From assembly GCA_963848585.1 (NCBI GenBank), contig CAWKET010000001.1, forward strand, positions 3,812-67,811: DNA of 64,000 nt. The letters run 5' to 3'. Each line of letters begins with the position of its first letter. The stretch's first letter is position 1. The position numbers and the translations under genes are program-made. Positions 37,401-50,688 of this stretch are shown here, one piece after another. This stretch comes from an uncultured Alphaproteobacteria bacterium. Lineage in GTDB: Bacteria > Pseudomonadota > Alphaproteobacteria > Azospirillales > Azospirillaceae. A model generated the notes under the pieces. That model saw nothing but the letters and a program-made list of their open reading frames with translations, had not been told where the DNA came from and did no database searches.

Positions 37401-38516
37401 ATGAACGCGATCACGAAGCCCACCGAGAAGCTCGGCGTCATGCTGTGCGGCCACGGCAGCCGGGACCTTGGCGCCGTGCAGGAATTCGCGGTGGTCGCGG
37501 GCCAACTCCGCGCCAAGCTGCCGTTCGACGCCGTTGAGTACGGCTATCTGGAATTCGCCAAGCCGATCATCCGCGACGGGCTGGACAAGCTGCGCGCCAA
37601 GGGCGTCACCAAGGTGCTGGCGATCCCCGGCATGCTGTTCGCCGCCGGCCACGCCAAGAACGACATTCCCTCCGTCCTCAATACCTATCAGGCCCAGAAC
37701 GAGGGCATGACCATCCATTACGGCCGCGAGCTTGGCATCGACCTGAAGATGCTGCGCGCCGCCGGCGACCGGGTGGCCGAAGCGCTGGCATCCGCCAAGA
37801 CCGAGGTCCCGCGCCACGAAACGCTGCTTGTGGTGGTCGGCCGCGGCGCTTCCGATCCCGACGCCAATTCCAACGTCGCGAAGGTCACGCGCATGCTGTG
37901 GGAAGGCATGGGCTTCGGCTGGGCCGAGACCGCCTATTCCGGCGTCACCTTCCCGCTGGTCGCCCCCGCGCTGGAGCATGCGGCGAAGCTCGGCTTCCGC
38001 CGCATCGTCGTGTTCCCCTACTTCCTGTTCACCGGCATCCTGGTCCAGCGCATCTATGACCACACCGACGCGGTCGCGGCGAAGTTCCCGGACATCGAGT
38101 TCATCAAGGCCCCCTACCTGAACGACCATCCGCTGGTGCTGGAAACCTTCGTCGACCGGGTGACCGAGATCCTGGAAGGCACCGGCAACATGAACTGCCA
38201 GATGTGCAAGTACCGCGAACAGGTGCTCGGCTTCGAAGCCGAAGTCGGCCTTCAGCAGGAAAGCCATCACCACCACGTCGAAGGCATCGGGTCCGGCGCC
38301 CGCGCATCATGAGCATGGTCATGATCACCACACGATCATGGGCATGACCACGCTCATGACCACGACCATCACCACGATCATGACCACGCGCACGACCACG
38401 CCCACGACCACGGCCATAAGCATGATCACGGCGCCGCCGGACACCATCACCACCCCTACCCGCACGCGGACCATCCCCTGGGGCCAGTGACGCTGACCAA
38501 GCTGTCGCACGACTGA
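37401..38516 (+). CDS. cbiX: CbiX-family chelatase with MxCxxC motif and His-rich tail (tail frameshifted)
   Basis: [32 protein letters not shown], (HD)n tail ending [12 protein letters not shown]. Confidence 0.9.
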
Positions 38517-38523
38517 CCCGGCG

Positions 38524-39152
38524 ATGGAGTATCTGCGCGACCCGGCGGAGATCTATCGTCGCTCCTTCGCCACGATAGCGGCCGAGGCCGATTTCACCGC
38601 GATGCCATCGGACGTGGCCGAAGTGGCGACCCGCCTGATCCACGCCTGCGGCATGGTCGATCTGGTCGAAGACCTCGTCTGGACGCCCGACGTGGTATCC
38701 GCCGGCCGCGCCGCCCTGGCGGCGGGCGCCCCGATCCTGACCGACGCGCAGATGGTCGCATCCGGGATCATGGCGACCCGCCTGCCGGCCGGCAACCGGG
38801 TGCTCTGCGCCCTCTCCGATCCCGCCGTTCCCGGCCTTGGCCGCCCAGCACGAGACCACCCGTTCGGCGGCGGCGCTCGACCTCTGGCTGCCGCATCTGG
38901 CCGGCGCCATCGTCGCCATCGGCAACGCCCCGACCGCGCTGTTCCGCCTGCTGGAACTGCTCGACGCCGGAGCGCCCCGGCCCGGCCGTCATCCTGGGCT
39001 TCCCCGTCGGCTTCGTCGGCGCCGCCGAGTCCAAGGCCGAGCTGGCGGCCAACCCGCGCGGCATCCCCTTCATCACCGTGCGCGGACGGCGCGGCGGCAG
39101 CGCCATGGCGTCGGCCGCCGTCAATGCCCTGGCGATCGGAGCCCGCGCATGA
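38524..39152 (+). CDS. cobH: Precorrin-8X methylmutase (frameshifted)
   Basis: [30 protein letters not shown]. Confidence 0.92.
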
Positions 39153-40351
39153 CATCCCCTGCCGGAGCGTGGCTGTCCGTCGTCGGCATCGGCGAGGACG
39201 GGCTGGACGGCGTATCCGCCGCCGGCCGCCGCCTGATCGACACCGCCGACCTGCTGGCCGGCGGAGAGCGCCACCTTGCCCTGATCCCCGACGATGGCCG
39301 CGAACGCCTGCCCTGGCCCTCCCCCTTCAGCGCCGGACTCGACCAACTCCTGAAGCACCGGGGCCGCCGCGTCTGCGTCCTGGCGAGCGGCGATCCCATG
39401 AGCTACGGCATCGGCGCCACCCTGGCGCGGCGCATCCCGCCCGCCGAGATGATCGTCGTCCCCGCCCCCGGCGCCTTCGATCTCGCCTGCGCCCGCATGG
39501 GCTGGGCACGCGCCGAGGTCGAAACCCTGACCCTGCACGGCCGCCCGCTGGCCCTCCTCCACGCCTATCTCCAGCCCGGCGCCCGCCTGCTGATCCTCAG
39601 CGAGAACGGCACCACTCCGGCCGCCGTCGCCGGCCTGCTGGCCACCCGGGGCTACGGCCAAAGCCGGATCACCGTCCTGGAACGCATGGGCGGCCCGCAG
39701 GAGCGCCGCCGCGACTGGAACGAGCCCGACATCGCCGACCTCAACACGCTGGCGGTCGAATGCGTCGCCGATCCCGGCGCTCCCCTGCTCCCCCGCTCGC
39801 CCGGACTGCCGGACGAGGCCTTCCACCACGACGGCCAGTTGACCAAGCGGGAGGTCCGCGCCGCCACGCTCGCCGCCCTCGCCCCCGTTCCCGGCCAACT
39901 CCTGTGGGATGTCGGCGCCGGCTGCGGCTCCATCGCGATCGAATGGATGCGCCACCACCCCGCCTGCCGCGCCGTCGCCATCGAGCCGCGCCGCGACCGG
40001 CTGGCCCTGATCGCGGCCAATGCCGAAAGCCTCGGCTGCCCCCAACTCACCATCGTCGAGGGCAAGGCCCCGGCGGCGCTCGCCGACCTTCCCCCGCCCG
40101 ACGCCGTATTCATCGGCGGCGGCATCACGGCGCCCGGCCTGTTCGAGACATGCTGGCAAGCGCTGCCCCCCGGCGGGCGGCTGGTCGCCAACGCCGTCAC
40201 GATCGAGGGCGAGCAGGCGCTCACATCCGCCTATACCCGGCTCGGCGGCAGCCTGACCCGAATCGCGATCTCCAGGGCCGAACCGATCGGCCCCTTCTCC
40301 GGCTGGCGTCCCCTGATGCCGGTCACACAACTGGCGCTGCTGAAGACATGA
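39149..40351 (+). CDS. cobL: Precorrin-6Y C5,15-methyltransferase (CbiE-CbiT)
   Basis: [32 protein letters not shown]. Confidence 0.93.
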   Translation: MTSPAGAWLSVVGIGEDGLDGVSAAGRRLIDTADLLAGGERHLALIPDDGRERLPWPSPFSAGLDQLLKHRGRRVCVLASGDPMSYGIGATLARRIPPAEMIVVPAPGAFDLACARMGWARAEVETLTLHGRPLALLHAYLQPGARLLILSENGTTPAAVAGLLATRGYGQSRITVLERMGGPQERRRDWNEPDIADLNTLAVECVADPGAPLLPRSPGLPDEAFHHDGQLTKREVRAATLAALAPVPGQLLWDVGAGCGSIAIEWMRHHPACRAVAIEPRRDRLALIAANAESLGCPQLTIVEGKAPAALADLPPPDAVFIGGGITAPGLFETCWQALPPGGRLVANAVTIEGEQALTSAYTRLGGSLTRIAISRAEPIGPFSGWRPLMPVTQLALLKT

Positions 40352-41056
40352 ACGGAACCCTCTACGGCCTGGGAGTAGGGCCGGGCGACCCCGAACTGAT
40401 CACGCTGAAGGCGCTCCGCCTGCTGCGATCGGCTCCGGTCATCGCCTATCCCGCCCCCGAGCATGGCGACAGCCTCGCCCGCGCCATCGTCGCCGAGACA
40501 CCTGCCCGGCGGCCAGACCGAGATCGCGATCCGCATGCCCATGCTGGTCGAGCGCTTCCCGGCGCAGGAGATCTACGACCGCGCCGCCGTCGAGATCGGC
40601 GCGCATCTGGAAGCCGGCCGCGACGTGGCCGTGCTGTGCGAGGGCGACCCGTTCTTCTACGGCTCCTTCATGTACCTGTTCGGCCGCATGGCCGAGCGCT
40701 TCCCGGTCCAGGTCGTCCCCGGCGTCTCGTCGCTGACCGCCTGCGCCGCCGACTTCGGGTGCGGCGCTGGCGTCGCGCAACGACGTGCTGACCGTCATCC
40801 CCGCCCCGCTCGCCGCCCGAGCGGCTGCGCGATCTGCTTGCACGCACCGACGCCGCCGCGATCATGAAGCTGGGCCGCCACTTCGCCAAGGTCCGCGACG
40901 TGCTGAACGAACTGGGCTTCAGCGCACACGCCCGCTATGTCGAGCGCGCCACCATGCCGAACCAGCGCCTGCTGCCGCTGGACGAGGTCGATCCCGACAT
41001 CCGTCCCCTACTTCTCGATGGTGCTGGTCCACCGGCGCGGGGAGGCATGGTCATGA
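40348..41056 (+). CDS. cobI: Precorrin-2 C20-methyltransferase (frameshifted)
   Basis: [35 protein letters not shown]. Confidence 0.92.
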
Positions 41057-42864
41057 CCGCATCCCGCCCCCGTCTTCGTCGTCCTGTCCCAGACCGGCCT
41101 TGAAGTGGCCGACGGTGCCCGCACCATCCTGCCCGGCGCCGAGATCCACGGCCTCGCCCATCGCGTCACCGGTGCCGACCGCGACTTCACCGCCACGCTC
41201 GACCATCTGCGCGCCCTGTTCCAGGCCGGAACTCCCATCATCGGCGTCTGCGCCGCCGGCATCCTGATCCGCGCCCTCGGCCCCATCCTGTCGGACAAGC
41301 GGGCCGAACCGCCGGTCCTGGCGCTGGCCGAGGACGGCAGCGCCGTCGTCCCGCTGCTGGGCGGCCATCACGGCGCCAACGATCTGGCGCGGCGGCTCGC
41401 CGATGCCCTCGGCATCGAACCCGCGATCACCACCGCCGGCGACCTCAGCTTCGGCATCGCCCTGGACGAGCCGCCCGCCGGCTGGACCCTCGCCAACCCC
41501 GCCGACGCCAAGCCCTTCAGCGCCGCCCTGCTGGCGGGCGGCACCGTCCGGCTGGAGGGCAACGCCCCCTGGCTGAAAGCCTCCCGCCTGCCCTTCAGCC
41601 CCGACGCCGAACTGGTGATCCGCGTCACCGAACGGGCCGAACCCGGTTCCGCATCGCAACTCGTCTACCACCCTCCCGTCCTGACGGTCGGCGTCGGCTG
41701 CGAGCGCGGCGCATCGGCGGAGGAAGTGACGGCCCTCGTCCGCGAAACGCTGGCATCCGCCGGTCTGGCCGAGCAGTCCGTCGCGGCGCTCTGCTCGATC
41801 GACGTCAAGATGGACGAACCCGCCATCCACGCCGCCGCGGCGGCGCTGGGCGTGCCCGCCCGCTTCTTCGACGCCGCCCGGCTGGAAGAGGAAGCGCCCC
41901 GCCTCGCCAACCCCTCCGACCTCGTGTTCCGCGAAGTCGGCTGCCACGGCGTCGCCGAAGGCGCCGCCCTGGCCGCCTCCGCCGGCACCCTGATCGTGCC
42001 CAAGCGCAAGTCCGCCCGCGCCACCTGCGCCGTCGGCCTGTCCGCCACGCCGCTCCAGGCCGACACCATCGGCCAGCGCCGGGGCCGGCTTTCCATCGTC
42101 GGCATCGGCCCCGGCAGCGACGGCTGGCGGACGCCGGAGGCGGACCAGTGGCTGACGCGGGCGACCGACCTCGTCGGCTACCACCTCTACCTCGACCTGC
42201 TGGGCGATCTGGCAGCCGGCAAGCAGCGCCACGGCTACGAACTCGGCGCCGAGGAAATGCGGGTCCGCGTCGCCCTCGACCTCGCGGCGCGAAGGCCGCG
42301 ACGTGGCGCTGGTCTCCAGCGGCGACGCCGGGATCTACGCCATGGCGACCCTGGTGTTCGAACTGATCGACCGCGAAGACCGCCCCGACTGGGCAAGGCT
42401 GGATATCGGCGTCACCCCCGGCATCTCCGCCCTCCAGGCGGCGGCATCCCGCGCCGGCGCTCCCCTCGGCCACGACTTCTGCACGATCTCCCTGTCCGAC
42501 CTGCTGACCCCCTGGCCGGTGATCGAACGCCGCATCCGCGCCGCGGCCGCAGGGCGATTTCGTGATCGCCGTCTACAATCCGGTCTCGAAGCGCCGGACC
42601 GAGCAGCTTCCCGCCATGAAAGCGGTCCTGCTGGAACACCGCCCGCCCGACACTCCGGTGATCCTCGCCCGCAATCTCGGCCGGCCGGGAGAGACCATCA
42701 CCGTCACCACCCTGACGGCCCTGGACGCCGCCGACGTGGACATGCTGACGCTGGTCATGATCGGCTCCTCCGAGACCCGCGCGGTTCCGCGCGGCGACGG
42801 CGGCACCTGGGTCTACACACCACGCGGCTACGCCGCGAAGCATCTGGACGAGAAAGCCCCATGA
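41053..42864 (+). CDS. cobJ: CbiG-CobJ fusion, precorrin-3B C17-methyltransferase (frameshifted)
   Basis: [25 protein letters not shown] (CbiG) followed by [33 protein letters not shown] (CobJ). Confidence 0.92.
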
Positions 42865-43628
42865 CGGTTCACTTCATCGGCGCCGGCCCAGGTGCGCCCG
42901 ACCTGATCACCATCCGGGGCCGCGACCTGATCGCGCGCTGCCCGGTCTGCCTCTACGCCGGCTCCCTGGTGCCGCCCGAAGTCGTCGCCTATGCGCCCGA
43001 AGGCGCCAAGGTGATCGACACCGCGCCGATGACATTGGACGACATCATCGCCGAAATCGAAGCCGCCCATGCCGCAGGGCAGGACGTGGCCCGCGTCCAT
43101 TCCGGCGATCCCTCCCTCTACGGCGCCATCGGCGAGCAGATCCGCCGGCTCGACGCGCTCGGCATCCCCTACGACATCACCCCCGGCGTGCCGGCCTATG
43201 CGGCGGCCGCCGCACTGCTGCGCACCGAACTGACCCTGCCGGAGGTCTCCCAGACCGTCATCCTGACGCGCACGGCCATGAAGTCGTCGCCCATGCCGAA
43301 CGCGGAAACGCTGGACGTGCTGGGCCGCTCCGGCGGGACGCTGGCGATCCACCTGTCGATCCGCAACATGACCAAGATCGTGGACGAGCTGTCGCCGCAC
43401 TACGGCGCCGACTGCCCGGTGGCCGTGGTCTACCGCGCGACATGGCCCGACGAGCAGGTGATCCGCGGCACGCTCGCCGACATCCGGGAGAAGGTGCGCG
43501 AAGCGAAGATCACCCGCACCGCCCTGATCATCGTCGGCCGCGTCCTGGGCGCCGAGGACTTCCGCGACAGCGCCCTCTACGACGCCAACCACGTCCACGT
43601 CCTGCGCCCCGAGCGCAAGGCCCGGTGA
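42861..43628 (+). CDS. cobM: Precorrin-4 C11-methyltransferase
   Basis: [34 protein letters not shown]. Confidence 0.95.
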   Translation: MTVHFIGAGPGAPDLITIRGRDLIARCPVCLYAGSLVPPEVVAYAPEGAKVIDTAPMTLDDIIAEIEAAHAAGQDVARVHSGDPSLYGAIGEQIRRLDALGIPYDITPGVPAYAAAAALLRTELTLPEVSQTVILTRTAMKSSPMPNAETLDVLGRSGGTLAIHLSIRNMTKIVDELSPHYGADCPVAVVYRATWPDEQVIRGTLADIREKVREAKITRTALIIVGRVLGAEDFRDSALYDANHVHVLRPERKAR

Positions 43629-43630
43629 CT

Positions 43631-44352
43631 TCAGCGGCGCTTCAGCCAGTCCAGCGCTTCTTCCACGGTGCCGACGCTGTCGCCCGGCGGCGGCGCTGGC
43701 CGGCGCACCATGATTACGGGAATGTTCAGCTCCCGCGCCGCGACCAGCTTGGGATAGCTGGCGTCGCCGCCGCTGTTCTTGGCGACGATGACCGTAATGC
43801 CATGCTCCACCAGCAGCGCCCGCTCCGCCTCAAGGTCGAACGGCCCGCGCCCCGTCACCAGCGTAATGCCGGGAAGCGGCTCATCGGGCGGATCGATGAC
43901 CCGCGCCAGCATCCAGGCATCGGTACGGGCGGCGAAAGGCGCCAACTCCTGCCGCCCCACGGTCAGGAACACGCGCGCACCCGCCGGGATCGCCTCGACG
44001 GCGGCGGCCATGTCATCGACCTCGATCCAGCGGTCGCCCGGCTGCGGCTCCCACGCCGGACGCGCCAGCATCAGCCGGGCGGTCGGCCGCTGCCGGCAAG
44101 CGGCCTCGGCATGGCGGGAGATCGTCGCGGCGAAGGGATGCGTCGCATCCACCACGGCGGTAATGCCCCGCTCCTCCAGATAAGCCGCCAGCCCTTCAGC
44201 CCCGCCGAACCCGCCGACGCGGACTTCTCCCGGCAAAGCGGCTGGCGCCCGGGTCCGCCCGGCGAGCGACGTGATGACGCCGACGCCGGAAAGCCCGCGC
44301 GCCAGCGCCGCCGCCTCCGCCGTGCCGCCCAGGATCAGCACGCGGGCTTCAC
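43631..44352 (-). CDS. cobK: Precorrin-6A reductase
   Basis: VLILGGTAEA, RVGGFGG, VDATHPFA, KNSGG. Confidence 0.92.
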
Positions 44353-45462
44353 CAGCCGCGAAGCCGGCCCTGCCCTCAAGCCCACCCTTGCGGTCGAAGA
44401 CGAGAACCTCCACATCCGTACCGCAATCGCCCAGAACCCCGAGCGCCACGGTCGCGCGCCCGCGCCGCGACCAGATCGGCAAGCGGCACTCCGGCGGCGA
44501 TGGCTTTGGTCAGCACCTGATTGGCGGTATTGGCGCCCTGCGCCTCGGCCACCAGCTCGGCAGGCGCTCCCAAGTTCCGCCAGCCGGTCGGCCAGCCACG
44601 TGAAATCGACCTGACTCCGCCCCGAATGCAGATCCAGGAAACCCTTGAGCCAGCTTGGTCAGCTTGCCGAACCCGCCCGCGATGGTGACCCGCGGCACAG
44701 GATTGCGCCGCAGATATTTCAGCATGCCGCCCGCGAAATCGCCCATATCCAGCAGAGCCAGTTCGGAAAGGCCATGAATCCGCTGCACCGCCTGTTCGGA
44801 GGTCGAGCCGGTCGAACCCGCGACATGGTCGATCCCGTTGGCCCGCGCCACATCGATGCCGCGATGGATGGAGTGTATCCAGGCGGAGCACGAGAACGGC
44901 ACCACGATCCCCGTCGTCCCCAGGATCGACAGCCCGCCGACGATGCCAAGGCGCGGGTTCCAGGTCTTGAGCGCGATCTCCGCCCCGCCCGGCACCGACA
45001 CCTCGATCACCACATCTCCGGCATCGCCGAACTCCGCCGCCAGTTCAGCCACCGCCTCCGTCATCATCCGGCGCGGAACCGGGTTGATCGCCGGTTCGCC
45101 GGGCGGGATCGGCAGGCCTTCCCTGGTGACCATGCCCACGCCCTCGCCGGCGCGGAACACCACGCCGCTGCCGGCCTCCCCGCGCCTGACCGTCGCTATG
45201 ATCAGCGCGCCGTGGGTGACGTCGGGATCGTCGCCGGCATCCTTGATCACGCCGGCGGCGCACTCGCCAGCACCCCGCGCTCTCCCAGGCCAGAGCGAAG
45301 GCGGGAGTTTCGCCGCCGGGCAGGCGGATGGTCACAGGGTCGGGGAACTCTCCGGTCAGCAGGGCGGTATAGGCCGCCTTGGTCGGCGGCCGTGGCACAG
45401 GCGCCGGTTGTCCAGCCCCGGCGAAGGGGACGATTGGGAGCGCCATCCGGTTTGTCGGTCAT
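44350..45462 (-). CDS. cbiD: Cobalt-precorrin-5B C1-methyltransferase (frameshifted)
   Basis: [40 protein letters not shown]. Confidence 0.93.
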
Positions 45463-45497
45463 GGCGTGGCTTATAGACGCGGTGTAGAGTGACGGCA

Positions 45498-46309
45498 ATG
45501 ATCCCCTCATCTCCTCCCTCCCTCCCGCTTTCCCGAGTTCGAGCCCGGATGGGTCTGGCTCGCCGGCGCCGGCCCGGGAGATCCCGGCTTGCTGACCCTT
45601 CACGCATGGCACGCGCTGCGCCATGCCGACGTGATCGTCTACGACGCGCTGGTCGGGCCGGATATCCTGGGCCTCGCGCGCGAAGGCTGCCGGCTGGAAT
45701 TCGCCGGAAAACGCGGCGGCAAGCCGTCGCCCAAGCAGCCCGACATCTCCAACCGGCTGGTGCAACTGGCCCGCGACGGCCTGCGCGTCCTCCGCCTGAA
45801 AGGCGGCGACCCCTTCGTCTTCGGACGCGGCGGCGAAGAAGCGCTGACGCTGGTCGAGCACAACATGCCCTTCCGCGTGATCCCCGGCATCACCGCCGGG
45901 ATCGGCGGGCTTGGCCTATGCCGGCATTCCAGTCACCCACCGCGACACCAACCACGCCGTCACCTTCATGACCGGGCACAGCGCGTCGGGTCTGGTGCCG
46001 GACACGATCGACTGGGCCGCCGTCGCGCGCGGCTCGCAGGTGATCGTCCTCTACATGGCGCTGAAGCACCTGCGCACGATAGCCGGCAACTTCATCAGCG
46101 CCGGCCGGCCGGCTGCCCAGGCCGTCGCCATCGTCACCAACGCCACTCTCCCCAACCAGCACGTGCTGGAAACCACGCTGGAGCGGTGCGCCGACGACGT
46201 GGCGGCCCACGGGATCGAGCCGCCTGCCCTGGTTGTGGTCGGCGACGTGGTGCTGCTCCGCCCCGCGCTGGACTGGATCGGCGCGCTGTCCCGCCGGGCC
46301 GGCGATTAG
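45498..46309 (+). CDS. cobA: Uroporphyrinogen-III C-methyltransferase (frameshifted)
   Basis: GAGPGDPGLLT, RLKGGDPFVFGRGGEE, GIPVTHR. Confidence 0.92.
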
Positions 46310-46313
46310 AGCC

Positions 46314-47618
46314 ATGACGGCCCCCGGCCTGATCCTCGCCGCCCCGGCTTCGGGCAGCGGCAAGACCGTCACGGTGCTGGCGCTGCTCCGCCATTTCCGC
46401 CGGGCCGGCATCGACGTCGCCTCCCGCAAGGTCGGCCCCGACTACATCGACCCGATGTTCCACACGGCGGCCAGCGGCCGCCCCTGCATCAACCTGGACC
46501 CCTGGGCGATGCGGCCGGAAACGCTGGCCGGGCTGGCGGAAGAGAACGCCGACCTCCTGATCGTCGAGGGCGTCATGGGCCTGTTCGACGGCGCCGCCGA
46601 CGGCACCGGCTCGACCGCCGACCTGGCCGCCCTCACGGGCTGGCCGGTGGTTCTGGTGCTGGACGTGAAGTCGCAGGCCCAGTCCGCCGCAGCCTTGGTC
46701 CACGGCTTCGCCACCTTCCGGAAGCGACGTGACGATCTCCGGCGTGATCCTGAACCGGGTCGGCAGCCCCAACCACGAAGCCCTGCTCCGCACCGCCCTG
46801 GCCCCCCTCGGCATCCCCGTCCTGGGCGCCCTGCCGCGCCTGGAAGCCCTCGCCCTGCCCGACCGCCATCTGGGTCTGGTGCCAGCCGGCGAGCATGACG
46901 CGCTGGAAAGCTTCCTCGACAAGGCGGCGGATGCCGTCGCCCGCCACATCGACACCGCCGCTCTCCAAAGCCTCGCCCGTCCCGCGCAACTTCCCGTCCT
47001 CCGGAAAGCCCGCCCCTCTCCCGCCGCTCGGCCAGCGGATCGCCGTCGCGCGGGATGCCGCCTTCGTCTTCGCCTATCAGCATCTGCTGGATGGCTGGAG
47101 GAGCCAGGGCGCCGAACTGCTGCCGTTCTCTCCCCTCGCCGACGAACCGCCGCCATCATCCGCCGACTGCCATCTACCTGCCCGGCGGCTATCCGGAACT
47201 GCATGCCGGCCGTCTGGCCTCCGCCCACCGCTTCCTCGAAGGCCTCCGCACCGCCGCGTCGCGCGGCATCCCCATCTTTGGCGAATGCGGCGGCTACATG
47301 GTGCTCGGCCGCACCCTGGAGGACGCCGACGGCGTCACGCACCCCATGGCCGGCCTGCTGCCGCTCGACACCTCATTCGCCAAGCGCCGGCTGCACCTGG
47401 GCTACCGCCACGCCACCACCGCGACCGCCACGCCGTTCGGACCAGCCGGCACGACCCTGCGCGGGCATGAGTTCCACTACTCCAGCATCAAAGCCGAAGA
47501 CGCCGCACAGCCGCTCTTCCACGCCCGCGACGCCCGAGGGACCGACCTTGGAGCCATGGGCACCGTGCGCGGCAGCGTCATGGGATCGTTCCTCCACATC
47601 GTGGACCGGGCGGAATGA
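46314..47618 (+). CDS. cobB: Cobyrinate a,c-diamide synthase (frameshifted)
   Basis: SGSGKT, KVGPDYID, EGVMGLFDG, PGGYPE, ECGGYM, GHEFHY. Confidence 0.93.
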
Positions 47619-48589
47619 ACCTCGACGCGACCGTCCTGCTGGCGCTGGCGCTCGACGCGGCCTTCGGCGAACCGGCATGGCTCTATGCCCGCGTGCCGCA
47701 CCCCGTCGTGTTCTTCGGCCGGCTGGTCGGCCTGCTCGACCGCACCCTGAACCGCGAATCCGCAACCCGCTTCGCCCGCCGCCTCAGCGGCATCGCCGCC
47801 GTCGTCCTGCTGGTCACCCTGACCGCCGGCCCCGCATGGCTGCTGAGCTGGGGCCTGTCCGCCACCCCCTGGGGCTGGGTGGTGGAAGCGGTCCTCGCCA
47901 GCACGCTGATCGCCCAGCAGAGCCTCTACACCCACGTCGCCGCCGTGGCCTCCGCCCTGGAAACCGAAGGCCTTGCCGGTGGCCGCCGCGCGGTTTCCAT
48001 GATCGTCGGACGCAACCCGGAAAGCCTGGACGAACATGGCGTCTGCCGCGCCGCCATCGAGTCCTGCGCCGAGAACTTCTCCGACGGCATCGTGGCCCCG
48101 GTATTCTGGTTCGCCGTCCTAGGTTTCCCCGGCCTCGTCGCCTACAAGGCGATCAACACGGCGGACAGCATGATCGGCCACCGGACACCCCGCCATGAGG
48201 CGTTCGGCTGGGCGGCGGCCCGCCTGGACGATCTGGTCAACCTGCTCCCCGCCCGGCTGGCCGGGCTGTTCATCATCCTCGGCACGGCCGCTTTCCTGAA
48301 GGGAAAGCGCCTGCGCCGGGCTCATGCCGCCTGGAAGATCATGCTGCGGGACGCCGGCAAGCACCGCTCGCCCAACGCCGGCTGGCAGGAAGCCGCCATG
48401 GCCGGAGCGCTGGGCCTGGCCCTCGCCGGCCCCCGCCGCTACGGCGACGTGGTGGTGGAGGACGCCTGGATGGGCGAAGGCGGCCGGCGGGAAGCCACAT
48501 CGGAAGACATCCGCCGAGCGCTCCGCATCCTGCTCGGCGCCTGCATCATTCAGGCGGCGCTCATCGCGGGCTTGGCCGTCCTGGGCTGA
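47615..48589 (+). CDS. cbiB: Adenosylcobinamide-phosphate synthase (CbiB; CobD in P. denitrificans naming)
   Basis: HPVVFFG, IVGRN, AENFSDG, NTADSMIG, SPNAGWQEA. Confidence 0.93.
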   Translation: MNLDATVLLALALDAAFGEPAWLYARVPHPVVFFGRLVGLLDRTLNRESATRFARRLSGIAAVVLLVTLTAGPAWLLSWGLSATPWGWVVEAVLASTLIAQQSLYTHVAAVASALETEGLAGGRRAVSMIVGRNPESLDEHGVCRAAIESCAENFSDGIVAPVFWFAVLGFPGLVAYKAINTADSMIGHRTPRHEAFGWAAARLDDLVNLLPARLAGLFIILGTAAFLKGKRLRRAHAAWKIMLRDAGKHRSPNAGWQEAAMAGALGLALAGPRRYGDVVVEDAWMGEGGRREATSEDIRRALRILLGACIIQAALIAGLAVLG

Positions 48590-48598
48590 CCGCTGACC

Positions 48599-50054
48599 TC
48601 AGAGCTTAAGCATGGCGTCCAGGTCCAGGCAGGCTTCCAGGTGATCGGCCAGCGCATCCAGCGTGCTCTCCACGCCGTCCTCATAGGCAAGCCCGCTGAC
48701 GGCGCGGTCCTTGATCGCCGACAGAAAAGCGTGGCGGAAGCTGTCCGACGAAAACATTCCGTGGACGTAACAACCGCTGACCCGCCCGTCCGCCGATACC
48801 GCCCCCTCGGCGCGGCCTTCAAGTTCCAGCAGCGGCCGCGCCAGCGCCGCGCCCGAGGTGCGCCCGATATGCATCTCGTAGCCCCGGATCGCGGCACCGC
48901 TCGCTGGATGCAGCCCGGTAACCTCGATCAGCGTCTTAGGCCCGTCCAGAACCGTTTCGATATCGAGCAGCCCCAAGCCATCCACCGCTCCCGGCGCTCC
49001 CTCCGTCCCCGCCGGATCGTCCAGCCGCCGCCCCAGCATCTGGAAGCCGCCGCAGATGCCCAGCACATGGCCGCCGCGCCGCAGATGCGCCGCCAGATCC
49101 ACGTCCCAGCCCTGTTCCCGCAGGAAGGCCAGATCGGGAATCGTCGCCTTGGTGCCGGGCAGAATGATCAGGTCGGCGTCACCCGGCAGCGCCGTCCCCG
49201 GCGGAACCATGGTCAGCGTCACATCCGGTTCTTCGCGCAGCGGGTCGAAGTCGTCGAAATTGGCGATGCGCGACAGCATCGGTACGGCGATGCGGATCGC
49301 GCGGCCCGCCACACCCGACCGGGAACTCAGCGCCAGCGCATCCTCCGGCGGCAGCTTCCCGGCATCGGTGAAATAGGGAACGACGCCAAGGGACGGCAGG
49401 CCGGTATGCTCCGCGATGATCCTGAGACCATCGTCGAACAGGCTGGTATCGCCCCGGAACTTGTTGATCAGGAAGGCCTTCAACCGCGCCCGCTCAGCCG
49501 GCGGCAGCACGGCGCAGGTGCCGACGATGCTGGCGATCACCCCGCCGCGCTCGATATCGCCGATCAGCACGACCGGCAGGTCCGCCGCCTCGGCAAAGCC
49601 CATATTGGCGATATCGCCCGCCCGCAGGTTGACTTCCGAAGCGCTGCCCGCCCCTTCCACCAGCACAAGGTCGGCCTCCCGGCCCAGGCGGTGGAAGCTC
49701 TCCATGACAGCCGGCATCAGCTCGCCCTTGCGGGTCTGATACTCGCGCGCCTTCATGGCCCCGACGACGCGGCCCTGAACGACGACCTGAGCGCCGATAT
49801 CGGTCTGCGGCTTGAGCAGCACGGGGTTCATGTCGATGGTCGGCGCCACCTTGCAGGCCCGCGCCTGCAAGGCCTGGGCGCGGCCGATCTCGCCACCGTC
49901 CGCCGTCACCGCCGCGTTGTTCGACATGTTCTGCGGCTTGAACGGGCGGACGCGGAAACCCCGGTTGGTGAAGGCGCGGCAAAGGCCCGGCCACGATCAT
50001 GGACTTGCCGACATCGGAGCCGGTGCCCATGAACATGATCGCCTTGGCGGGCAT
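48599..50054 (-). CDS. cobQ: Cobyric acid synthase (5' frameshift)
   Basis: [37 protein letters not shown]. Confidence 0.95.
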
Positions 50055-50066
50055 CCGCGCCGTTGG

Positions 50067-50688
50067 TCAAAACTCCACCCCGGCCTGCGCCTTGACGCCT
50101 TCCCGGAAGGGATGCTTCACCATGGTCATCTCCGTGACCAGATCGGCGATCTCCAGCAATTCATCCTTGGCGTTGCGGCCGGTCACGATGACGTGCTTGT
50201 CCTCCGGCTTGTCGCGCAGGACGGCCAGCACCTCTTCCAGCGGCAGGTAATCGTAGCGCAGCACGATGTTGAGTTCGTCCAGCAGGACCATCTTGATCTC
50301 GGGTCCTGGATCAGGCTACGGCCTGGTCCCAGGCGGCGCGGGCGGCGGCGATATCGCGCTCGCGGCTTTGCGTTTCCCAGGTGAAGCCCTCGCCCATCGT
50401 GTTGATGGTCACCTGATCGGCGAAGCGCTCAAGCACGACCCGCTCGCCGGTTTCCCACTTGCCCTTGACGAACTGGACGATCCCGACCTTGAAGCCATGG
50501 CCGATCGCCCGCATCACCATGCCGAGCGCGGCGGTGGACTTGCCCTTGCCCTTGCCGGTGTGGACGATCAGAAGCCCCTTCTCCAGGGTCTTGGTCGCGA
50601 TCATCTTGTCGCGCGCCGCCTTTTTCTTCGCCATCTTCTCGGCGTGACGGGCGTTGATCTCGTCTTCGGTCATGCCTTCGGTTTTCAC
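50067..50688 (-). CDS. cobO: Cob(I)yrinate adenosyltransferase (frameshifted)
   Basis: HTGKGKGKSTAA, QFVKG, LDELN, VTGRNA, KAQAGVEF. Confidence 0.95.

Noticed and set aside
38305..38455. Repetitive CACGAC/CATGAC array as a possible CRISPR or non-coding repeat
   Set aside because: No constant repeat with unique spacers and no cas genes; it encodes the His-rich CbiX tail.
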